Of a stretch of DNA of 64,000 nucleotides, positions 57,210 through 64,000 are shown in pieces. The position numbers and the translations under genes were made by a program. Source of the DNA: a virus. The DNA lies in the IMG/VR virus record IMGVR_UViG_3300021420_000001, positions 1 through 64,000 of that record. One strand, given 5' to 3'. Below the pieces are notes generated by a model. The model was not told where the DNA came from. It saw only the letters and a list, made by a program, of their open reading frames with translations, and made no database searches. Every line of letters starts with the position of its first letter. Position 1 is the first letter of the stretch.

Positions 57210-58109
57210 TTACGATCGCCCCAAAGCCTTTGTCAGTACCCGCTGCCAGAATAAAAGCGGGTGGTGCCGCGTGAACACCTTACAATGGAACCTAGCCGCC
57301 ATCTGCCGTAAATGATCATCGTCCGTGATTTCGACAATCTGAGCAGCTTCCTCGGCGTTATCGAACTCCAAATAGTCAACGCCAGGCTCGAACCAGTTCT
57401 TGGTCGGGGAACCGCGCTTCTCCAAAAGGACTGAACCTGCAAAGCCGGTCTCCACAACCCGACCCTTGACATGCATACTCTGAGTCGAACCCGTGATCCC
57501 GTAATTGTACGTGATCTTGGTATTACACATGATCGCACCCATCTCATCGTAGGTACGACCAATAGGACCTTGCCGAAAGTCAATAAGACCCTTCTGTTGG
57601 AGAGCCTCGGTCGTGGCCTTACGCTCTGAGTGGCCTAAGCCACCAACCATACCGAGCTTGATTGTCTTCTGCTCCCAAGGGACGGGCTTGAAGGAGCGCC
57701 AATCAATCGGCGTCAGCTCCAGCATCCCATTCTCGAAGCGGTCAATGGGTGTTCCAGGAGCGCCATCGATACTTACCTGGACCGTGAAGCACTTTTCCTT
57801 TTCGTAGACTTCTAGCATCGGCCACCAAGGCGGGTCTCCGGCGTCGTCACACATGTGCACCATTGGTGCCACAGAGTTGAGGGCACGAAGAACGTCTGGC
57901 TGGGGCACGGGACGACCATGATATTGTTCGATGGCCCCGATAAATAGAATGAAATCCGGACGCCAAGATCTAGCGGTATCCACGAGTTCGTGGTGCTGTT
58001 CATGCGGGCGGTTGTCATATTGCTGCGTGAAGACTTCGTGTCCGATAGACTGAAGGGAACGGTATTTATTTTCGCAGTCCGTGTAAGTTATCAGGCACAA
58101 AACTCTCAT
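57210..58109 (-). CDS. CgeB-like GT-B glycosyltransferase (paralog 1)
   Basis: Collinear with 55359-56255; KGRVVETGFAG, WFEPGVDYLEF. Confidence 0.8.
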   Translation of the reverse strand: MRVLCLITYTDCENKYRSLQSIGHEVFTQQYDNRPHEQHHELVDTARSWRPDFILFIGAIEQYHGRPVPQPDVLRALNSVAPMVHMCDDAGDPPWWPMLEVYEKEKCFTVQVSIDGAPGTPIDRFENGMLELTPIDWRSFKPVPWEQKTIKLGMVGGLGHSERKATTEALQQKGLIDFRQGPIGRTYDEMGAIMCNTKITYNYGITGSTQSMHVKGRVVETGFAGSVLLEKRGSPTKNWFEPGVDYLEFDNAEEAAQIVEITDDDHLRQMAARFHCKVFTRHHPLLFWQRVLTKALGRS

Positions 58110-58297
58110 TTCTTTTCAACCGCAAACGCAAGATTCAAATACCCTTTTGCCAAAGACTCCTTGAGCTCATCAAAAAGTATAGCAGACTCGTATTTCGTTT
58201 TGCAACGTAATGTAATTCGCACAGATCCATCCGACATGAGATCTAATTCAAAGTTCTGGGCAGCAACCAATTCCGATTTAACGGCTACAACACCCAC
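58106..58297 (-). CDS. hypothetical protein
   Basis: Coupled small ORF. Confidence 0.5.
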   Translation of the reverse strand: MGVVAVKSELVAAQNFELDLMSDGSVRITLRCKTKYESAILFDELKESLAKGYLNLAFAVEKK

Positions 58298-58507
58298 CTA
58301 TTCCTTCCTCTCAATGTACTTGGCCGGACCCTGCTTCAACCGTTCCGCCCTGGACATACGCACGCGCTTGGTATTCTTCAGAGCATTACGACGATAGCCC
58401 CGATAAGTGGAAGCAGCGCGAGGCGGTTTGCGCTTAGGCGGAGCCTGAACGACGACACGACCTGGAATGTAGCGTTCGATCACGGCAACCAATCCTTCAA
58501 CATCCAA
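58298..58507 (-). CDS. small basic protein
   Basis: STYRGYRRN; start uncertain. Confidence 0.45.
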   Translation of the reverse strand: MDVEGLVAVIERYIPGRVVVQAPPKRKPPRAASTYRGYRRNALKNTKRVRMSRAERLKQGPAKYIERKE

Positions 58508-58598
58508 GCCAAACTAAATCCAACACCAAATGCCCCACAAGACATCAGCAGTGGCGCGTAACGATCACGATTCGACATTTGCCCCCAACGAGTACGAA

Positions 58599-59219
58599 TC
58601 AACTCAGTAACTCCCTTAGAGCACCTGAGTCACGCATACCACGAGCTAGGTCACCGTGCGAGAATCCAGGCACAACAGTTGGCTTGACGCCAATCCGCTC
58701 GATCATCTGCCGGTCCAGTCGCGTATCAGGGCCGTCACTGATGAACGCTTTCACAACTGGGATTGGACCGTCCTTGAAGTAGGGAAGAAGTTCCACGTCC
58801 GGGTTGGCGGGGTCCACGATGAAGGGATGGTCAACCGGGTCGAACCCATTAGGCTGGCGCGAGGTCAGAGCTGATATTGCAATGACTTCGTCCGCATGCC
58901 CCAATTGTCCGTATAGTAGTGCTGCATAAGCTCCAGAAGACACGCCGATAGTAATGACGTACTTGTCATAATGGTCCCAAAAATTGGCGATATAGTCTCC
59001 AACCTCCCCTTGGTCACCAATTCCCTGAACACCGTAATGATGATAGCGCTGGGTTGAGTCCCGCATCAGGACGTAAGAGCAATCCAATTGCTCCAGCGTC
59101 TTTCCGAATTGATAGACATTCTGTGGTCCGCCGGCAAAGGCGATGACCAATCGATCAGAAGGCTTCAGATGTTCTTCGTAATCCACCAAGCGCAACTCGA
59201 CCCGTTTACCATTGACCAT
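58599..59219 (-). CDS. alpha/beta hydrolase-fold protein
   Basis: Nucleophile elbow GVSSG, plus later Asp and His (FSH). Confidence 0.7.
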   Translation of the reverse strand: MVNGKRVELRLVDYEEHLKPSDRLVIAFAGGPQNVYQFGKTLEQLDCSYVLMRDSTQRYHHYGVQGIGDQGEVGDYIANFWDHYDKYVITIGVSSGAYAALLYGQLGHADEVIAISALTSRQPNGFDPVDHPFIVDPANPDVELLPYFKDGPIPVVKAFISDGPDTRLDRQMIERIGVKPTVVPGFSHGDLARGMRDSGALRELLS

Positions 59220-59234
59220 GACCTAACCATACGC

Positions 59235-62171
59235 TCAGTTCAATTGCGCGCAAGGCAGGTGGGTAGCAAGGTTGAGTTCCTGATTGTCCGAAGTCAGAAC
59301 CGTACACTGCAACAGGTACGTCACGTTGGCCACGCAACCCGCGAACTGCTGCAGGACAGCCCGACCGAAGACCCCCGCAGGAACCCCAGGGAAGGCCGGA
59401 GGGACGGGTCCGATCTGGGAGGCCCCAAAGACTATCCCCTGTGGGTTAGGGTCCTGGGTGAGGCTTACACCCGCGTTGGCGACCGTTATCCCGACAATCG
59501 AGGCGATCGTGACGCCAGACCCGAGCCAAGGGTCGAAATTGAACGTGACAGTTACCTTCTCCACGGTGGGATCGATAACCGAGAGATCATTACCATAAGG
59601 CATGCCCATAACCCTTGGCGTTGTCACAAAGGTGCGGGCGGAGCCCTGTTTGGATGGCAGCGTAGAATTCGGCGCGTTCGGATTACAGACAAAGCGTGGG
59701 TCTGTAATGAGCAGCGCTGTCGGGAATAGGATTGCGCCATTGCGCCAGTAGAAGCCTTGCCACGCGGGAATGTCGGCCGGAACGCTACTACCGTAATTCC
59801 AATTCTGTATTGGCGGAGTTACGACCGTTGGCCGGTTCGTGACGTTGGCGTTGACTTGACCCAACCACTGCCAGAATGGTTCATCAAATGGACGGGTCTG
59901 GAATTTCCACAGTGGTGCAGAAGGCTGACCACCAGCTGTTACAATTGGCGTAAGTAGGGTATTACTCTTTGGCCCGAACTGCCAACCACTGGAATCATCT
60001 TGCCCAAACTTCCAAGGAATGTAGATGAAAGGTTCGTTGACGACAGGAACAAGGTTGATGTTCCTTGGCTTGGAACCTGACTGCCAACTAGAAGAGTCAT
60101 CGAAACCGTAACACCACGGCGAATACGTAAACGGCAGCGTTGGTACAAACGGAGTTAGATTTATGTTACGAGGTTTAGACCCAGACTGCCAATAGCTTGA
60201 ATCGTCCTGACCGAACTGCCACGGCGTATAAATGAAAGGCTCTACAACAACGACGGGAATAAGATTAACGTTCTTAGCCTTAGTCTTCAGTTGCCAAACG
60301 TCATCATCAAAAGGACGCGTTGAATAGAAAGCCGGACGTAGAACGGTCTTGGGTCCGGGAGGTAACGTTATCAGTGCAGCGGCTGTTCCCGTCCAATTCC
60401 AATTACTCGAATCATCAAAGCCGTAGCGCCAGGGGGAATAAGTGAAAGGTAAGGTCGTAACTGATGCAACCAGATTTATGTTCTTGGCGACAGGAAGCCT
60501 TTGCCAAACGGGCATGTCGTCTGGAGGACTATAATACCAAGTAGAAATTGATGGGAATTGAACACTCGCGGCTGCGTTCAGATTGTACGGGGCTTTGAAC
60601 TGCCAAGTGCTTGAATCGTCAACGCCAAATTTCCAAGGGGGGCTAACGGTGGGGGTATTCCCCGATGCAATTAAATTAGCATTACGCTCTATTGCCGGTT
60701 GCCAGATAAAATCATCTGAAGGACGTGAAGCGTAAAAGGGCGGACGTAGAACAGTTTTATTTGTAGGCGCATTCAACAGCGTGTAGAACGTCGCTGAACC
60801 TACCGCATTGGATTGCTGCCAATTAGGCTGATCATAATTGGCAAATGAATATGCCCAATTCTGCTTGAATGGATTCGTAGCCGCAACTGTAAGAAGGCTG
60901 CGGTTATTCGTAGAGGGCTGTCTCCACGCAGAAGAATCATCTAGGAGGTAATCCCAACGCTTTGTCAGAACTTGACCAGGAGCCCCAAAGAATTTAGTCC
61001 CGGTAAGGATCTCAAGAATGCCGGAATTGTAATTCTCGGGAGTGCCTTGCCAAGCAGATTCGGCGATATCGTAATCAAACTTCCACAACCAAGGGATGTT
61101 AACAAACGCCTCAGAGACTTGAAGCGGGCTACGGCCTTGTGAACTAAATTGCCACCCCGAAGAGTCATCGTAATTGTATAGCGGTCCCCACCTTTTAGTT
61201 GGAGGTTGTCCACCAACATCCAATAGCACAAGAGTATTTGCATTACGATTGTCGGCCGTCGGAGCCCAAATGAAATCGTCCGATGGTCGTGGCGCAAAGA
61301 AAGCTGGACGCAGGACCGTCTTAGGTAAAATACTTGCAGCTAAGCTACGGTTGTATGGTGCAGAAGCGAATGACCAAAGGGAAGAATCATCAATACCATT
61401 CAAGAAAGATCGAGCGGGTTTCTTGTTGACAAAAGCAGAGACATAATTGATGACGATAAGACCGTTAGCACCTACGCCCGCAGTACCTCCAGTAGTAGCC
61501 CCGCCACCGCCGGCGCCGTAATTACCGCCAGCACCGGCTGTGCCCGTTGTACAGCCACCGCCACCGCCACCAGACCCATGAGAAGCATCATACTCCGTGC
61601 CGGGATTTCCTGCAGTACCACTCGTTGTCCCACCGGCGCCGCCTGTGCCTCCTGAAGTACCGTCTCCCTGACCACCAATACCACCGTTACCCACAGTACC
61701 ATTGGCGCCAACATTGCCAGCTCCGTTAGGGCCACCTGCACCGCCACCGCCTCCAGCATCGGTCGAGACTGATCCGCCGTTACCGCCATTATTTGCAGAG
61801 GTACCTACGCTAGCAGCGGCAGTCCCACCGAGTCCGCCAGTTCCCCCACCTCCAGTGACAGCAGCAGCGCCCGCAGCTGCGCAACTGACTGTATTACCAT
61901 TCGCAACAGCATTAGCTAATGAAGTAGCATTAAACCAAGTGTCGTTACCCTTTTGTCCTGTTGCTCCACCAGCACCAATCCCAACGTTGAGAACGGCGCG
62001 TGGTGTAACAGTGAGAATACTCCGTGCCCAGGCGCCACCTCCGCCACCGCCACCTGCGCCGGCTCCGCCAGCACCACCAGAACCAGAGCCAAGGCAATCA
62101 ACAACAACCTGAACGCAATCGTCAGGAACCGTCCAGGTCGTCGTACCGTTCAGTAGGAAAATCTGAGGCAT
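59235..62171 (-). CDS. 978-aa putative virion protein: Gly-rich N-domain, W/DD repeat region, C-terminal adaptor-like domain
   Basis: TWTVP...GGGGG Gly-rich domain; ~16 W..DDSSxW repeats; beta-rich C-terminus. Confidence 0.8.
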   Translation of the reverse strand: MPQIFLLNGTTTWTVPDDCVQVVVDCLGSGSGGAGGAGAGGGGGGGAWARSILTVTPRAVLNVGIGAGGATGQKGNDTWFNATSLANAVANGNTVSCAAAGAAAVTGGGGTGGLGGTAAASVGTSANNGGNGGSVSTDAGGGGGAGGPNGAGNVGANGTVGNGGIGGQGDGTSGGTGGAGGTTSGTAGNPGTEYDASHGSGGGGGGCTTGTAGAGGNYGAGGGGATTGGTAGVGANGLIVINYVSAFVNKKPARSFLNGIDDSSLWSFASAPYNRSLAASILPKTVLRPAFFAPRPSDDFIWAPTADNRNANTLVLLDVGGQPPTKRWGPLYNYDDSSGWQFSSQGRSPLQVSEAFVNIPWLWKFDYDIAESAWQGTPENYNSGILEILTGTKFFGAPGQVLTKRWDYLLDDSSAWRQPSTNNRSLLTVAATNPFKQNWAYSFANYDQPNWQQSNAVGSATFYTLLNAPTNKTVLRPPFYASRPSDDFIWQPAIERNANLIASGNTPTVSPPWKFGVDDSSTWQFKAPYNLNAAASVQFPSISTWYYSPPDDMPVWQRLPVAKNINLVASVTTLPFTYSPWRYGFDDSSNWNWTGTAAALITLPPGPKTVLRPAFYSTRPFDDDVWQLKTKAKNVNLIPVVVVEPFIYTPWQFGQDDSSYWQSGSKPRNINLTPFVPTLPFTYSPWCYGFDDSSSWQSGSKPRNINLVPVVNEPFIYIPWKFGQDDSSGWQFGPKSNTLLTPIVTAGGQPSAPLWKFQTRPFDEPFWQWLGQVNANVTNRPTVVTPPIQNWNYGSSVPADIPAWQGFYWRNGAILFPTALLITDPRFVCNPNAPNSTLPSKQGSARTFVTTPRVMGMPYGNDLSVIDPTVEKVTVTFNFDPWLGSGVTIASIVGITVANAGVSLTQDPNPQGIVFGASQIGPVPPAFPGVPAGVFGRAVLQQFAGCVANVTYLLQCTVLTSDNQELNLATHLPCAQLN

Positions 62172-62197
62172 AGATGCTCACGCCCCTAAATTTTCCA

Positions 62198-62440
62198 TTA
62201 ACGAAGAAGCATGTTCGGGAAACCAAGCGAGGTCTTTGGTGGAACTTCACCTACGACTTCTTCAGGAGGTACTGCCGACCCCACAACGCCTCGATAGCAA
62301 CCATCACAAATAGGTGGGTCGAACGGAGTCGTCATTGGTATCTGTAGGATACGGCGAAGTGCCTCGACCTCTGCAAGCGATCGACGTTCTCGCTCGAAAG
62401 GTTCGAGGCACCAACCACAAAGCAGTGTCTGCTTAGCCAT
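62198..62440 (-). CDS. small zinc-finger-like protein
   Basis: CGWC...CDGC. Confidence 0.55.
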   Translation of the reverse strand: MAKQTLLCGWCLEPFERERRSLAEVEALRRILQIPMTTPFDPPICDGCYRGVVGSAVPPEEVVGEVPPKTSLGFPNMLLR

Positions 62441-62467
62441 TTGTACGTCCCAGAAAAGTATACTACG

Positions 62468-62977
62468 TCAGAGCGACTCGTACACCATATGACTTCCGAC
62501 CAATCCGGGAGTACCGCCTGTGAAGGCCGAGAGTGAGACCTCCCCAAGCGAGGCCGTATTGCCCAAGACGCTGAAGCACTCCTCTAGGCGGTTGGCGCGC
62601 CAGAAGTAGACGCCACCAAAAGCATTGAGCGAGCAGTTCGCCAAGTGCAATGTAGACGATCGCTGAGGTGGTGTCGCATTGATATTACCCGTCAGGGCCG
62701 GAGCGGCAAGCGCGGCAGTGGCCGGATCAATCGCGGCGTCGGTCACACCCGTACCGTTCGAGTTGGTAACACCGACCGTGGAGTCCCTGGAGAGTAGCAT
62801 GATCGTCGGGGACGAGGACGAAGGGGCCTGGCCCGCAATCGAGATTTCCCATACCTTGTTCAGCTGGGTAGCCGTACCACCCTGTAGGATGAACGGATAG
62901 GTGCCACTCGTCATACCAGTCGTGTCGGCAAAGGCAGTCGGGGTCAGGGTCGTATTGGAAACAATGCGTCTAGCCAT
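62468..62977 (-). CDS. putative virion structural protein
   Basis: SD GAGGAG; Thr/Ala/Gly beta-rich sequence; structural operon. Confidence 0.65.
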   Translation of the reverse strand: MARRIVSNTTLTPTAFADTTGMTSGTYPFILQGGTATQLNKVWEISIAGQAPSSSSPTIMLLSRDSTVGVTNSNGTGVTDAAIDPATAALAAPALTGNINATPPQRSSTLHLANCSLNAFGGVYFWRANRLEECFSVLGNTASLGEVSLSAFTGGTPGLVGSHMVYESL

Positions 62978-63044
62978 AGTTCACTCCTCTTGGCTTTTCT
63001 GCCGGCCGTCATGGCTAGGGCAGGTTGAATTCCGGGGTTTGACG

Positions 63045-63401
63045 TTATCGAAGAAGACGCGGGGGGATAGAAGGGGGTTGCCCCTTGGCAACAGCATCCA
63101 CAAATTCATCGATGACCTGCTTCATGGGCTTGAGCTCTACGCCAAGCTTGCGCAGCAAATCGCAATTGTCGCAGATGTATCGGTCCAACTTACGACAATA
63201 AGCTCGCTCACGCTCCCGTAGTGGATTGCGTACAATAAGACTCTCACAATACGGACAATTATACGTCGCTGCCTGAAGACGCTTACCGGCTTCGACTGGA
63301 ATTGTGCCATGACCGACCTTAGCCGCAAGCTCTGGGGAAACGCCAGGGCTCTCGCGGTGGTCGATCTCAAGGTAACCTTCGAGCTCGCGTTTGGAGAACA
63401 T
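63045..63401 (-). CDS. Cys-containing hypothetical protein
   Basis: GYLEIDHR.SPG, CPYC, YCRK.D.YICDNC. Confidence 0.65.
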   Translation of the reverse strand: MFSKRELEGYLEIDHRESPGVSPELAAKVGHGTIPVEAGKRLQAATYNCPYCESLIVRNPLRERERAYCRKLDRYICDNCDLLRKLGVELKPMKQVIDEFVDAVAKGQPPSIPPRLLR

Positions 63402-63404
63402 TGC

Positions 63405-64000
63405 CTACATCATGATCATGGGTTGAGCACCAAAAAGGGTGTCCGGAGAGATTCCTGAGCTCGTAACCCCTGAGAAAAAACTCTGTTGTGAAATAGGAGG
63501 ATACCAAAAAGACCAAGGATCGGATGCTGCTTGTATTAATTCTGGGAGTAGGTTAAATCTACCAACAGAAAACATTGCAGCACTATTATTACCGATTCCT
63601 ACAAGGGTGTCTCTATTGCCGAATACGTAAGTACCGTTACTAGGGGAGGCAACGCTTGCCTGCGTTCCGGTAGCGGTTTGGATTTGCCCGGTCGCCAGAT
63701 TTCTGACCGCCGCGTTCCACGTAGTAGTACCCTGGTGAAACGAAATGGCAAAGAAGTAAGGTAATCCAACAGTGGGAACTATTCCGGTCGTTACCGATGT
63801 ATCTCCACCAAGTGTGAGGGCAAATGCCGTTACACCGCTAGTAAACAGTCCTGGTCCGATGCCGGTACCGCTTCCAGAAGAATTACAAGCGTAGAAAGCC
63901 GTACCTGAAACAGTAGATGGGCGAACAATTGCGGCCACTGTATAAATCGTCTCAGTTGTTGCCGGCCGCGAAGACCACGTAAAAGCGTCCGTCGACGCAG
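63405..64000 (-). CDS. LamG/concanavalin-like structural protein, 5' end outside the window
   Basis: Frame open to the window edge; TVAAIVRP, YFFAISF, YVFGN pattern. Confidence 0.55.
   Translation of the reverse strand, partial: ASTDAFTWSSRPATTETIYTVAAIVRPSTVSGTAFYACNSSGSGTGIGPGLFTSGVTAFALTLGGDTSVTTGIVPTVGLPYFFAISFHQGTTTWNAAVRNLATGQIQTATGTQASVASPSNGTYVFGNRDTLVGIGNNSAAMFSVGRFNLLPELIQAASDPWSFWYPPISQQSFFSGVTSSGISPDTLFGAQPMIMM

Noticed and set aside
59740-61400. CRISPR array or DGR template/variable repeats
   Set aside because: The repeats are degenerate at DNA level and conserved as protein; no cas or reverse transcriptase gene is present.
1-64000. Stop-codon reassignment
   Set aside because: Recognised genes are full length in code 11 and end in TAA, TAG and TGA with tight coupling.

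Overview
A 64-kb segment of a large tailed dsDNA phage with a contractile tail. The host is plausibly an alphaproteobacterium (inference only). There are two convergent arms. The + arm (1-19.9 kb) carries a 7-deazaguanine DNA-modification cassette (queD, queC, folE, DpdA/TGT-like transglycosylase) and a replication/recombination module: beta clamp, UDG-fused family A polymerase, DnaX-like loader, UvsY-like protein, gp32-like SSB, RecA, Holliday junction resolvase and SbcCD. The - arm (64-20 kb) is the late operon: neck, sheath, tube, tail chaperones, baseplate, fibres and lysis genes. The main candidate for an undescribed system is an ~18-kb sugar-synthesis and transfer cluster (41.2-59.2 kb) interleaved with the neck genes. 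It encodes a His-type PLP 3-dehydratase, a minimal TPP alpha/beta pair, an NAD-dependent epimerase/reductase, an intein-split B12 radical SAM enzyme, four glycosyltransferases, three methyltransferases, a 2OG-Fe(II) oxygenase and an alpha/beta hydrolase. This suggests virion decoration with a branched deoxy-sugar glycan. Other observations: a CCA-ending tRNA mimic with no anticodon loop; a free-standing HNH gene flanked by duplicate 3' ends of its host gene; a frame-shifted polymerase start; a structured anti-SD sRNA candidate; a dispersed ~90-bp DNA element; and a Ser/Thr/Gly-rich domain inserted in three tail proteins. All family calls come from motif recognition by eye; no database searches were run.
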